Assembly (NCBI GenBank): GCA_012026655.1
Contig: JAAILG010001405.1
Location: forward strand, 1-64,000
From: Hydrolagus affinis
Lineage: Eukaryota
DNA: 64,000 nucleotides
Reading direction: 5' to 3'
Shown piece by piece: positions 22,449 through 36,290 of this stretch (position 1 is its first letter; every line of letters starts with the position of its first letter). Below the pieces are notes generated by a model. The model did not search any database. It saw only the letters and a program-made list of their open reading frames with translations, and was not told the origin of the DNA. Position numbers and translations under genes: made by a program.

Positions 22449-23384
22449 CTGAACGACTCTATCCTTTATCCTTACTTTTGCTAATGATATTAATTAATAG
22501 TTTGTAATACCTCTCCTTTTCCGCCCTATTGTTGCCCTAATCTTATTTTACATCACAACAGGCAGTTTATACAGTGCAGTGACTATTTGTAGCAAGCTAG
22601 CAGCCAATTTGCAAACATAGCCAGAATAGCGGTAGAAATTCCCTTTTTAAATAGTGTCACAGATTCATTAATGCATTTTTGCTTATCCGAAACACAATCC
22701 CTCTGAACAGTATTGCACTGGAAATATGTAAGATTCAGTATTGAGGAATAAGTTATAAAATGGTCCTCATTGTTGAAGATACAATCTGTATGAAGTACTT
22801 GTGAGTATTAGCAGTGTTCCTCTGAATTCTGATCTTAATTATTTAACACAGATAATTGGCTCATTTAACTTCCTCAAGACACAAATATTCTGACTTTATG
22901 AAATGTAATTTCCTCCTCCCCCAAGAGAAATTAAATCTGGATTTCTCCTTTCTGCCCATCCTCCCCCATGAAAATAATAAAGTGCTGACACATGGTGAAA
23001 TTCTGAGCAGCAGCCAAATGAAAGGCATGGTTTTAGAAGTCAAGGTGCTGTATCCTGACAGGTTCACTGTTTTGCAGCTTCTCGGGCAAATTTCACTGAC
23101 CTTTTTTCTTCAAATAATCTCCAATAAATACGGTTTGCATGCCTTGTGGAAGAAAACTTGTCAAATTTGTCAGACTGGCCTAATCGCTTTTGTTTCTCAA
23201 GTATTTGTAGCAATTACTGCAGCTGTTACCATCACAATATGAAAAACAATAGCTCAAAACTAAGATCAGATAAACAACTTTTTGGTAAATATGAAATATT
23301 TAAAACAATTTTTGAAAGCGAAAAACCAGAACTGAAACCAGACCTCGCAAATGATCTGCGTGTATGTTTCTCCAGTGAAAAATG

Positions 23385-23740
23385 ATAATAATTATCCTTG
23401 CATTTGATATACTGCAATTATCACATCTTCGAGACATCTCAAAGAGCTTCACAGAATACACTGTAAAGTGAATTGACTATTTCATGGGCGAAATGCAGCA
23501 GCCAATTGCGCACAGCAGTGTCCTTCATACAATCGTGGACTGAGTGACCAAATAAATTTTTGATGGAATCATCATCCCTGGAAAAGTGGTCCAGCAATCG
23601 ACTAACAACTGGATTCCTACTTACTGCAAGGTAAACAGAGATGTATGGTGTAAGGAAACTTGTCCAATGTTTTGTCCTGCCTGGGAATGGAACCCAGGCA
23701 AGTTGCAAGATGAGTGCTCTTAACCACAGAACTACAGGAA
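23385..23740 (-). mobile_element. tRNA-derived SINE
   Basis: Reverse complement of the head tcctgtagttctgtggttaagagca and tail tatcaaatgcaaggataattat. Confidence 0.85.
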
Positions 23741-23757
23741 ATGCACATTTCAATGTA

Positions 23758-24276
23758 CAGTAAAAGCGTGTTTATCTGTGACCTGATCAACCGTAACTTC
23801 CATATAACCAGCACCTCAAAAAAAAAGGTCCCCATTTGAATAACCGGATCTTATCCGGCACAATCATGATGGTGCTTTTTTTTCCCTCTTATCGGTATTT
23901 TGGAATGGTGCTACTAGTGCCTGAAGGTGGCGCTGCCGTTTTTTTCCCTCGCAATGGTATTTTGGCATGCCGCTAGTAGAGCCTTAAAGTCGCACTACCA
24001 TCTTTTTCCCTCATATCAGCTATTGTAGAAGATAGATTGCACCTGTATGCCAGCATCATGGCTTCAAACCAAGCATCTACCAGCAAAGGTGATTTTTAGG
24101 TGAATAATAAAGGTCTTATTTGTCATTTTTTAGTCTATTATTAATATGGTATATGTTAAAATAAGTTTTAAAAAATTATGTTGGGTTTTCGGCTTTGGAT
24201 CTGTCCGAATATCCGGTGTGTTGTTTAACCGGCATAGGCCAGGTCCCGAGGGTGCCGGGTAAACAGGCTTTTACTG
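23758..24276. mobile_element. Tigger/pogo-like MITE
   Basis: TIRs cagtaaaagcgtgttta / taaacaggcttttactg with TA on both sides. Confidence 0.8.
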
Positions 24277-24608
24277 TATTGCATACATCAATACGCCTTA
24301 GAGAATGTCACTTCAATGATTTTACCTCCCAATGTGGTGGAAGGATGCTGAAATGAAAGAATTATGATGTATTCTAAAAGGAAGTTAATGCAACATGTTT
24401 GACAAAGTTCTGAAGTTATTCACATTGGAGAAATTGAAGTTAGCAAATTTATTTATCAAAGTAAGCACAGAAAGGGACATTGGTGTGCATAAATTGGCTG
24501 CTGGATAACATCCCAATGTATTGCATACATTATTGTATCTACAAAATAAACAGTCACAACACTATAGTAAACCCTGCAAAGTGCTTTGACCCAAGGTGGA
24601 AGGCATTA

Positions 24609-24913
24609 CAGTAAAACCCCGATAATCTGGCACAGTTGGGCTCAATTTGAAAAAGCCAGTTTGAAAATGGCTGGGGAGGCTCTGCCGTACACCACATGTG
24701 CTGTAAACACAGCACTGAAGCCAAAAAAACTGCTCAAACTCCACCCACAGTGCAGGATGACAGAGCAGCTAAGCCGGGAACTACAAGCAGCTGTTCCAAA
24801 CTTCGGGAGATTTGCCGACATCAGAATAAACCTAATACTGTATGTATTTTGAAATCTTGCTGGTTTTTGGGAATTGCCGGCTTTCGGAATGTTAGATTAT
24901 TGTGGTTTTACTA
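24609..24913. mobile_element. Tigger/pogo-like MITE
   Basis: TIRs cagtaaaaccccgataatct / agattattgtggttttacta with TA flanks. Confidence 0.7.
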
Positions 24914-24954
24914 TATATCAAAGACAAGGATACAGTAGTTTTAAGATCAGTATA

Positions 24955-25624
24955 TGTTATAGTAAAGTTGTGAATCCAGGGACTTTGCAAAATCCTTGAA
25001 ATTTTCAGTAAAATTGTGAAACCATGAAAATGGAGGAGTCATAGATTTTGTGAAAAATGGAACCTAGCAATGGACAGGGGTAGAGGGGATCCAAGGAACA
25101 TCTTTGGTGGTATGAACTGAGATTTAGACACTCATCAGTACAAGATAGCAGTGAAGGCTGGCATCCTGAGCGGTCACTTCCAGGAACCAATTTGACCGTT
25201 GCTCATATCGATTGTTAGCAGAGATTTCCGTCAACCAGGAGACGTCAATGTCAATCAGTGACGTTGCACATTTGTGGTGGACAAAGCTTTACTAAGTGTA
25301 ACTGCGGTCAGAAGAAATGCAAGACCAACTATTCTAAGTGCTTCAAAGCAAAGCTAAAATGTAACTCCCGTTGTCGTGCAAGCCTCACTTGTATCCACAA
25401 ATTAACATTTGATTCATTAGTGAATGAATCACATGAGGTCTATGGTGAATAAAATATAAATTTTCATATTTGTTATGTGTTATTTATTTTCTGACAATGC
25501 TAACAAGTGTCAATGCAACATTATCAATATGATGAAAATTTTATCACAAAATCTCTGACTCCTAATTTCAATGATTTCATTGTCTCACTGGCAAAATCCC
25601 TCGTTTCACAATTTTACTGTAACA
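24955..25624 (+). mobile_element. Internally deleted Ginger2-like DNA transposon
   Basis: TGT...ACA termini with long imperfect TIRs (tgtta[t/c]agtaaa.ttgtgaa...agggA.tttgc). Remnant GGQSFTKCNC.QKKCKTN.SKCFKAKLKCNSRC..SLTC resembles the Cys-rich C-terminus of Ginger2-type integrases. Confidence 0.7.
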
Positions 25625-26264
25625 TGTTGACTGAGCAAGCCTCAGTTCTAACCTAAAGTAGCTTAATTCGTTTCAGGAAAAAAACTCAAATGCTTTCATC
25701 TATAATAATAATAACCTTTTAATTGGTATAGCACCTCAGCAAGTTCTTGACATGCCTCAAAGTATTCCACAGTGCTTAATGTAATGTGAATTACCGGTAT
25801 ATTTTGTGAATGAAACATAGCAGCCAATTGTGCACAACAGTTTTCCATAAACATTTGTGGATTGAGTGACCAAATTATTCTTATTTTATTTATGTATGTG
25901 TAGGGATTATTACCCCAAAAAAGTGATCCGCCAATTGACTAACAACTAGGTTCCTAATTACTGTTAGGTAAACACAGGCATTTTCAGTACGGAAATTTGT
26001 CTAAAGTTATGCCCTGTCTGGGAATCAAAACCAGATCCTCTCATCTGCAAGGCGTGACTCTGACCAATACGGAACAGGACTTATTACTGAGAATAATTTA
26101 GCCTACTACAAAGATCAGCACCTTGGGACGTCCTCCCGATGTGAAAGGTGTTATGCAAATGCAATTGTAGATGAAGACAGAAAGAAATCCAATTATGACT
26201 TGGACATCCATTATTTTTATCGTGCTAATCAGTGGAATGTTAAGTACAATAAAAGTAATAAACC

Positions 26265-27560
26265 TTGCACTTGATATAGTACCTGTTGAATTCATGAGAA
26301 GATGTCATAAATTACTACACAGGATTTACTATAAAGTGTTGTAATTAAGTATTTAATGCAGCCAATTTGTGCATATCGATGTTCCATGAAAGGTTGTGAA
26401 GTGATCATACATTTTATTCGGAGTATTGTTGGCCAGGACACTAGGAGAAACTCCTTTCTCTTCGATTAGTGCCATGGGATCTTTTAACATGCTCCTGAAC
26501 AGGACTTTGGTTTCATATTTCATCAGAAGGAAGGTACTGTCTCCAACAATGCAGTGCTTCGCCAGCACTGTATTGGAATGTCTCATCCCCCAGAGGATCA
26601 AATTCAAGATCCTCATCCTCACTTTCAAGGCCATTCATGGCCTTGCCCCTTCCTATCTCTCCAACCTGCTGACTCACTACCAACCCGCCCGCCCCCTCCA
26701 TTCAGCGGGCTCCGGTCTACTCCATATCTCCCACCTGGCCCGCCCTACCATCAGTGGTCGGGCTTTCTGCCTCTGCCCCCACACTCTGGAATTCCATCTC
26801 GCTGTCCATTTGCCTCACTTTCTCCCTTGCCTCCTTGAAGGCAGGTCTCAAGACCCTCCTTTTCGATTGTGCCTTCTGCCACCCTCCCATCTCTTTTCCT
26901 CCCCTCTACCCTACTCCTCCCCCATGCTTGGGTCCCAACTCCTGACTGTTCAGCGCCTTGGCATATCCTTCCAACATGAAAGGCGATCTATATACATAAT
27001 TTTGTAATTGTTGTTAAGCTAGGAGTTCAAAATCCTGATCTGGGGCTTGAAATTACAATCTTCTGACAGAAGGCCATTAACTGACCCAGGCGTCACCAAT
27101 GCATATTCTGAACAGCAAATTGAAATACATAGTACTGAACAGTAAATTTGACTCTGTTCACGAGGTATATTTTCACCTGACTCCACTGGCTTCTCATCAC
27201 TCCGAGGAATCAACTCAAGATCCTGGTCTTCACCTTCAAAGTCCTCCGTGGCAATGCCTCACCTTACTTCTACAACCTCTTAACCCGATACCAACTGATT
27301 CACTCCCGCCGCTCAGCGAGCTCCGGCCTGCTCCATATCCTGCGACCTACCCACCCTACCATCAGTGGATGAGCCTTCAATCACTCTGCCCTTAACCATT
27401 GGAATTAGTATCTCGCAACATTTCGGCCTTGTCCCTCCCTAGCCTCCTTCAGTTCCCACCTCAAGACCCTCCTCTTCATCCGTACCATCGATCACCTCCT
27501 TTCCCTCCACCCTCCCTGATCCCAACCCCAGCTCGGGTCTGAAACCTGACTGTCCATCAA
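26265..27560. mobile_element. Cluster: Deu-SINE (-, ~26265-26578) followed by two L2 3' fragments (+)
   Basis: Deu core followed by IPQRIKFKILILTFKAIHGLAPSYLSNLL. Confidence 0.8.
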
Positions 27561-27899
27561 ACTCCTTTGTCACATCGTCAAAGAAAACCAGTAAATTAGA
27601 TTGGCAAGACCTTCCCTTCATGAATGCATATTGGCTATCATTTACAGTTTTATTTCTGTCCAGATGCTCCAAGATAAATGTTTCCATAATTTTACCCATA
27701 ATAGATGTCAAACTTTCTGGTGTGTAGTTTCTTGGGTCACTTTTGTTACCTTTCTTAAAAATAGGAATAACATCTGCCTTTCTCTAGTCCCCCAGCAGCT
27801 GACATTTAGGTCAAGAATTCCTGGTGAGGCCAGGGCAATTCAACCACAAGTGTTAGTTAATTGTTAGTTAATCAAGTTCCTACATTATTAGGAGACTTA

Positions 27900-28212
27900 A
27901 TAATAACAATAATCCTTGCATTTGATATAGCGGTTTTCACGTCTTATCGATGTCTCAAAGCGCTTCACAGACTATACTGTAAACTAAATTGATTGTATAC
28001 TTGTGGGCGAAACACAGCAGCCAATTGCGCACAGCAGTGTCCAAAAACAGTTGTGGATTGAAATGACCAATTTTATTTTTTTTATTGGCGGGATTATTAT
28101 TAGGTGGGTGGAGTAAGGAAACTTGCACAAGGTTTCGCCCTGATCTGCTTGGATTCGAACACAGGTCTCATGCTTGTAAGGTGAGTGCTCTAACCACTGA
28201 GCTACAGGAGCT
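27900..28212 (-). mobile_element. tRNA-derived SINE, full length
   Basis: A box and B box on the minus strand, and an (att)n-type tail. Confidence 0.9.
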
Positions 28213-29202
28213 CAGACTTGTAAGAAAAATAGAAGCCCATGGTATTAAAGGGACAGTAGCAGCATGGATCCAGAAATGGCTGGGAGACAGAAAGCAGAGA
28301 GTTGTGGTGAGCGGTTGTTTTTCTGACTGGAGGGAAGTGTACAGTGGTGTCCCCCAGAAATCTGTATTGGGACCACTTTTTAAAATATATAAATGATCTG
28401 GACTTGGGTATAAGGAGTACAATTTCCAAGTTTGCAGATAATACCAAGTTAGGAAAAATAGTAAATACTGAGGAGTATAGTAGCAGACTGCAAGAAGACA
28501 TAGATAGAATGGTAAAATGGGCGGACACATGGCAAATTAAGTTTAATGTGGAGAAATGACAGGTGATGCATTTTGGGAGGAAGAATGAGGAGAGGCAATA
28601 CAGTATAATTTTAAGTGGGGAGTGAAGGAAGAGAGAGACCTGAGGTTCATGTAAGTAAATCTTTGAAGGTGGCAGGACAGGTAGATAAGGCTGTTTAAAA
28701 AAAACTGACAGCATACTAGGCTTTATAAATAGGGGCATAGAGTACAAAAGTCAGGAAGTTGTTATTAATCTGATGATAGGTTAGGCTTCAGCTAGAGTAC
28801 TGTGTTCAGTTGTGGGCACCACACTAGGAAGGATGTGTGGGGATTCATGGGGGAATTCGATAGGGTAAACAGGGAAAAACTATTTCCACTGGTGGGTGTG
28901 TCAGTGACTGAGGTCACAGATTTAAAATAGTTTCTAAAAGAAGCAGACGGGGGTGAGGAGAAATTTTTTCAGGCAGCGTGTGGTTCGAATCTGGAATGCA
29001 TTGCCTGAAAGGGTGGTGGAGCCCGATTCAATAACAACTTTTAAAAGAGAGGTGGATAGTTATTTGGGGAGGTTGGGTTTGCGGGGTTATGAGGAGAGAG
29101 CTGGGGAGTGGGATTGACTTTGAATAGCTCTTTCCAAAGAGCTGGCAGACTCGATGGGCCGAATGCCCTCCTTTTGAGCTGTAAACTTCTATGATTCTAT
29201 GA
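28213..29202 (+). mobile_element. CR1 LINE 3' ~1 kb (RT C-terminus and 3'UTR), degenerate
   Basis: WLGDRKQRVVV..SGVPQ.SVLGPL, ISKFADNTKLG, LQEDID..WADTWQIKFNVEK, and a (ttctatga)2 tail. An inverted CR1 piece lies at ~27555-27800. Confidence 0.92.
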
Positions 29203-30764
29203 TACGTAATCAGCACCTTGGAACATCCTCCTGACATGAAAGGTGTTATATAAATGTAATTTTCTATGGTATTGTGAAGCGTTTTGAGATGTCTCAATGA
29301 CATGATAAGGCGCTATATCAAATGCAAGGATTATTATTCTTGTAACATCCCAGAATACGGGCAGCAAAACTGATAGGTCTATAAAGCTAGTTTAGCAGAT
29401 TTATTTTGGTCAGCCAGTGTCTAACATATGCAGGAACACATCATAATGCTTAAGACTGAGAGTTCCACATATATACTCCACCTAGAAATTCTGCCATTCC
29501 ATTGCAAGCAAGGGATCTGGGCACCAGCTCTGCTTTAAGGCGATTCACCTTTACCTCCTTTCCCCAATGCACCCCCCTCCACCCTTCAGGAGGATAGTCA
29601 CCAGTTGGGAACAGAAGTACAAAGTAGTCCGAAGATGCTGACACCCCATTGGAAAATAATCGCCTGTTTGAACTATACGCGTGCAAGTTAAATGTGCAAC
29701 AGCCCCATTTACTGGGTGAAAGCGATATTGCATTTCTTATGTGATATTTTCAGTCAGAAAATTGGCAAACTCGCACTATAAATTTTATATTGGATAATAT
29801 ACAAAACCTGACGGTCACAAGAATAAATGTTAAATTTGAATAAAAGCTACAGTGTTAAATACAGCAAATCAGTTTCAATATTTAGAGTACTCTACATTCT
29901 ATTTCAAACCCTGAACTCTTAGTAACCTCTTCAAACAAACCTATGGTTACTCTGCCCTCCACCTCTCATCTCTCTCACATGTTCAGTCTCCAAACCTGCC
30001 TCTGTAGAGAGATCGAAAGACATTACCCTGGATGAAGGGCGCTGTATAAATCCAAGTTATTGCTTATTCCTTCTACACCTTCAAAGCCCTCCATGATTTT
30101 GCTTCCCCCACCTCTCTGATCTCCTAACCTCATATCAGCTGGCCAGCTCCATCCGCTCGACGGACACCAGCCTTGCTCAGGTCCCCGCATTTCCTGCCCC
30201 ACCATTGGCAATCGGGCATTCAGCATCTCTGCCCCACACTCTAGAACTTTAACCCACAAATCCTCCACTGCTGCACATTCTATGAAGCCATTTGAGAAGT
30301 CTGAATGACGTTATATTCAATGCAAAGATTATAATTTTTAATCTGAAGTTTTAAATGTGGTTCTAAATCCTCTTTGTGAATGAAGGATATTGTATGATAT
30401 GTATATGATATGTACTGTGTACATGCTTTATTTTAAATCATTGTTTCATCAAACAAATCTCTTGATTTAAGTCAGATAGTAGTTAATTTGCACGGTTAAT
30501 ATATTTTATTTTTGTTTACTGGCAGGAAAACAGAAATTGATCATACTGTGTATGGTATTCAATGCCCATGAGATGGATTTTATGGATTGTAGTGCAGGGG
30601 AGACCAGCAAGGAGTGCATTTGCGTAATCCAGCCGAGAGGTGACAAAAGCGTAGACCAGATATGGACAACTTCTAATAATAATACTAATCCTTGCATTTG
30701 ATACAACACTTTTATGTTTTCTAGACATCTCAAAGTGCTTCATAGTAATATGAATTTCCTCTAC

Positions 30765-31070
30765 TTCAGTGCTGCGAGCACTTGCCTTTCAAGCGAGAAA
30801 CCTGGGTTCGATTCTAGGCAAGTCAGGTCAAGGTATAATCTTGGGCAAGTTTCCTCCTCCACCCGCCTAATAATAATCCCTCCAAAGAAAAACAATAATA
30901 AAATTGGTCATTTCAATCCACAACTATTTGAATACTGCCCTGCGCAATTGGCTACCGCATTTCGTCCACAAGTATACAGTCAATTTAGTTTACAGTATAT
31001 TCCGTGAAGTGCTTTTGAGACGTCTAGAAGACATGAAAAGCGCTACATCAAATGCAAGGATTATTATTAT
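30765..31070 (+). mobile_element. tRNA-derived SINE, with other copies at ~25705-26080(-), 33461-33745(+), 37419-37770(+), 48215-48475(-), 49172-49570(+) and 52415-52686(+)
   Basis: Shared head gggttcgattc, body aattggtcatttcaatccac..gcgcaattggct, tail aaatgcaaggattattatt. Confidence 0.85.
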
Positions 31071-31689
31071 GGTCTCTTTCTGTAAAAGCTTTACTGATGT
31101 TTCTAATTCTGGACAATTTGCAGGCATATACACAATATAACCATCGGGGGGCAGAACAGATTTATTTATTCCCTCCAATTTACATTTTATGAAGGTAGGC
31201 TTACAAGGCCTGAAATTTCATCCAGTTTTAAGGCTCAAGATTCTTTTGGCAAAAATTCAAGATTGTGAGAAATTATGGAAAATTCTTCAATTCAATCTTA
31301 ATTTGGAAACTCTGAAAGCTCGCTTCCAAATGATGTCAGAATTTAAGAATATTCCATAAGATCCGGGAAGAGCTATCCCATGTGGAAGGTGTTATATACT
31401 GTAAATAAAAATTATTGTTTGTGTCTTAAGACAAAAGTAATCGCGTAGATCAGCAGAAGGTGAAACATCAGGCTTTCAGTTGTAAGAGCAGCTATCTCAG
31501 TTACAGATCCGTATACTTAATGTGAAAAGGAAAGCTTTCTCTAATGAACATGCTTAAAAACATAGTATGGTTAACTTTAGCAGGAAATGTCACAACAAGC
31601 AAAATAAATTAGCATTTTACTTAATTCAAATACTTTTTCTGAATTAATTAGTGCATTAATTTTTTTTAATAATCTTTATAATAATGCTT

Positions 31690-32092
31690 GCACAATATGG
31701 TGCCTTATCATGTCCTCAAGACGTATTTAAGCGCTTCACAGAATTCTCTAAAGTATAGTTACTGTATTTGTAGGCAAGCATGATTCACAGCCAATTTTCA
31801 CATAGCAATGTCGATCAAACAGCTATGGTATTATGTGAATGACCAATTTTATCTGGAGGATTGTTGGTCGGAATTCCTGGAAAAATTCCCTTCCACAGGA
31901 TGTGTCATGGGGTCTTTAACCTTCACCTGGACCCTCGGTTTAGCATCTCAGCTGAGGCACCTTTAACAATGCATCCAGCACTGTGCTGAAGTGTTAGCCT
32001 AGACTGTGAGTTCTTAAGTCCTGATGTAAAACTCAAACATAATCTTTTGCCTCTGAGACGTGAATGGTACTTACTAAGCCATGCTGACACCT
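31690..32092 (-). mobile_element. Deu-domain SINE, with further copies at ~40190-40360(+), 41335-41712(-), 45020-45385(-) and 46620-46945(+)
   Basis: Same Deu core and tail as 4700-5570. Confidence 0.65.
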
Positions 32093-35000
32093 AATTCTCC
32101 TTGAACAAAATGGAATATAAAAGTAAAAAAGTTAGTACAATATTTTAAATGTTCAATGGATAAATACAACTGTCTGATATAGTACCACTGCAAAGCAGAA
32201 CAACTAGGTTTCATCTGAATTGTTTGCAAACGGGGTGATCAGGTGAGTCCTACAGATCCCCAGGCATGGGAGGGAATGTTAGTCAGTTTCCATTCCTGAC
32301 CACTACTTTCATGCTGGAAAGTATGTGAATATGTCTCCAAGCAGAATGGTATTGTGATGCAGGGAGGTTGTGATTTATAATAAAAATCTTTGCATTTAAT
32401 ATACCGGTAATGCATTATTACGTCATTGAGACATCTCAATGCGCAGCAGCCAACTGTGCGCAGTTGGCTTAATGTTTTGTGCAGTTGTGTGGACCGTATG
32501 CTTATATTTTTATGATAGAGAACGTACATACCAGAAATACTAACTTTTACAGAAGACCTGAAATGTTAATTCATTTTCCTCTCTCCATGGATGCTGCTTG
32601 ACCTGCTGCGTGTTCCCAGTGACTTCTGTGTTTATACCAGATTTCCAGCATTTGCAGTACAGTAGTGTACTTTGTTTTTTGTTAACAGTTCTTGAATGTT
32701 GGGGATTATTTTAGATACATGTGTGTAAATATCCATAACTACTGACATTGGCAGTTATTTCCCTGGGTTGAGAATCTTTCTTTCCACTGCACCAAGTAAG
32801 GATCATAAATTTTAAAATGTTTGGAATGCAAGCTTTAACTTGAAAACCAAGTGAACACACGGCGGCAGCTAGAACTCGGTCTTTCTTCCGAGCATATCAA
32901 AGACTTGAAATGCAGAAAGCTTATAAATAAAACCAATATATCTGAAGGAACTTTACAAAAACTTCTATTAGCCAAAGCTCTGCTAAGTCTGGAGTGGAGA
33001 TGAACTCCATCTGTTTATTTTCTAGTTTACTGCCACTACTCTGACCTTATATCTTACAGTCTGTAGTCCCTTAGGAGACCTTGATTACTGCTCTCAACTA
33101 AGGCTTTATTCACTTTTCCATTTTACAGCATTAAACTAAACACGAGTTAATGTATGAAGATTTCACAGCCATGCTGCTTTGGCAAGTTTTAATTTTACAA
33201 ATGTTCATTTCTACCATTCAATAGCCACAAAACTATTGTTTTCAAAACGGCTCGATTTAGAGAAGGATTACGAGAAAAGAATTATGACAGCACATAATTC
33301 TTCCACCCCAATTTCTCTTTTCTTAAGATGATGATTCATGGCGGGTAATGTTCCACAGTCCTTATTCTCTTTTGTAGCTTGCCAAGCTTGCTGAGACAGT
33401 GAAGTGATTGTTGGCAGAATATTTGACATTATATGTGATTGGAACAGGGAATGGGAGAAATCTGTGGAGTCCTGTAGTGTGGTGGCTAGCATGGCACTTG
33501 CCTCACAAGTAAAAGGACCCGGATTCAATTCCCGGACAGGACAAAACCTTAGGCAGGTTTCCTTTCTCCACATACCTTTGTTTATCTAGAAGAAAGTTGG
33601 AATCCGGTTGTTAGTCATTGGCTGCCACATTTCACCCACAAAAATATACAGTTAATTCAATTTACAATATATTCTGTGAAGCGCTTTGAGTTGCCTCGAA
33701 GAGGTAATAGGGCACTATGTCTAATGCAAGCATTATTATTATTCTAATACTTAGTAATACAGTTGAATATTGATCCAACCAGTAAGGCAACATTTGAAAA
33801 TAATCCTTGCATTTGATATAGGTCCTCATCATGTCTTCGAGGCGTCTCAAAGCGCTTCACAGAATTTACTATAAAGTGAATTGGCAGCATATTTTGTGGA
33901 CAAAATCTCCTAATTAAAAAAAAACATTTTTCCCACATTTGTGCGGATATTACTAAAGGAACTATTTCGAAGAAGTTGCAATACATTTGCTGTGATGGCA
34001 GGCAGCAGAACAATAGGGGGAAGCGAAGGAAGAAATATTGGTTAATGAAGGATTTCCTTTATTCAGATTGCGGTGGAAGCTGTTGTTATTGTGTTCATGA
34101 TAACTGGAAATATGTAAGTCAGTCAGTGTGTATGCTGTATGTGGGTGACAGACTGGACCTAATAATCCTAACATAGTTTTACAGGTAGACAGCAATGAGT
34201 AAGGGAACAATATTAGCTTCTCGTGATATTTAGGGAAATAAAGTGAGTGGGATGGGCCCTCTATGGAACCTCCCAAACTTCGAAATAGAATAATACATGA
34301 CCTATGGAAAGTTAATTGAAAGAATCAGAGGCTGAATACTACACCCTGTCCAATTAACAAATACATTGTGGGTTAAATCAATGCCAAATTCTAGCTCTTC
34401 TTACACACAATACCTACCTGTTCTGTGCACTGCATTATTTTAAGAATGAGTTTTGTTTAAAAAAAATGACGACACAAGCTTAAACAAGCTTAAAATTGAA
34501 GGGTATGCAGCAGCGTTATGTAAAACCAGGCGAGTAACTCACATCTGCTTTCCTTTACAAGTTTGAACGTGAACAATTTCTACATGTAAAGAGAGCCTAG
34601 AAAAACAGCATGTGTGTTGGTGGCTTTAAAATTCTGAGGTCATTTATTGTTTAATTTCATTACTTATGTCAGGCAGATATTGTTTCAGTCCCACAGAACC
34701 ACCCCAATCTGTTTCTCATTTTCAATGTTTGGAATTTGTCATGGTAATGTCCCACAGAAACGTTTTTCCCATCACGTCGAGGTATTTTTAGATACAAGTT
34801 TCAACATGTTGTAAGTGTCTAGAGAAATAAAAGAAAGTAAAAATCTACGCTTCCTAAAATGGAATCTTTTTTCTTATTGAACACTGTTATTCCTCAGTGG
34901 CAAAGCTTAAGTTACTGTCCACTAAAACAATCAATGAATTCTAAGTGCCCAAGCCACAAAGTCGTTTTCACAAAGTAAATTCTCATAAAGAGGGGAGAAA

Positions 35001-35449
35001 CAATTGAGCTTTCTAAACATAAAAATGCTGAAAGACTGCAGTCGGTATGCAATGTATAACAGGGTAATAAATTACTGTCCCTGTAGGAAGCAAGCCGTGG
35101 GAGCCAAGAATGTATGTAAACATCTTAGCTGCTTTGGAAATACTTTAGTATTTTACAATTCGTTATTTCTTGCATTGGTTTTGTTCCAATTCATGTTTGC
35201 AGAAGATTTCCTTTATAGATATTGTCAGATTGAAAATAATTGTACACCTATTTCGTTGCCGTGCCCATCCTGACTAAGACTTTCCTAATACACCCAAGTT
35301 ACTGATTTGACTCATAGCGGGTTGGTCCTTATTTTACCTGCACAATAGTCTTTAAAGCATTTCTTTTTAATTCCTATGGAAACAGAAGCCCCAAACACCC
35401 TCACCACACATGTCATGGATAATAACATTAGAAGTTTGTGACCTTAAAG

Positions 35450-36290
35450 AGACATGCCCCTGAGCTGATCATGATAAATGAAGCCCAGTACATTTAAATG
35501 CAAGGTGCTGCATATGGAAGGGAAAGTTAGGAAGCACATGTATTCCATTAAAGAACAACAACAACAACAACAACAAGAACTTTCCAAGTGACAAATTGCA
35601 AGCAGCCTATCAATTCTAATTTAACTGGCTGGCTCACCATGGTGAAACAGTGTGAAGCTGCATTAAACAACGCAAACAGGATTCTCCTGTATTGCCAGAT
35701 CAGTTAAGATGAGATCTTCATAAGTGATGTTCAAGCTATGCGGTGTTTTAGGCCACACCTAACATATACTTTGCAGTTACAGTCGTGGCAAATAAAAGGA
35801 GCTTTAGTCTCCAGAGACAGTGAAAGGAGAACAATGGATGGATGAGCTATGAAGAATGGATTACTTAAAGTATGGCTCTTCAACCTGGAAAAGAGACATG
35901 TCAGATAGGGTGTGGCAGAGGTATACAAAATGCTTAATAGGATAAAGAAAGCAACAACAACAACAAAGTTACATTTATAGAGCACCTTTCATGACATCCC
36001 AAGGCGCTGAAAGCAAATCCAGAACAATACTTTCAGAGGCAAATATGCAGCAGAGTGAGACACAGGTTTCAAGGGCAATTTTAGGACAGGCATTAGAATG
36101 CTTTTTTGTTTTCACAAAGAGTGACAGCTCAACAACTCAAATGGGTACCCAGGATGGGTGGCAGAAATGGCGATGTTAGACCTATTTAAGAAACAGTTTG
36201 GTGCTGAAACAAAAAGATGGTAGATTTGGCATTCTGGAGGTGAGATCAAAGGATCAAAAGCCTTCTTCATCTTTACCTTCCTTCTGATCT
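35450..36290 (+). mobile_element. Old CR1 3' remnant
   Basis: Degenerate CR1 blocks (cagtgtgaagctgca..aaac.gcaaacagg, ctcttcaacctggaaaagagac, gaggtatacaaaat, ttttcacaaagagtg). Confidence 0.6.
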
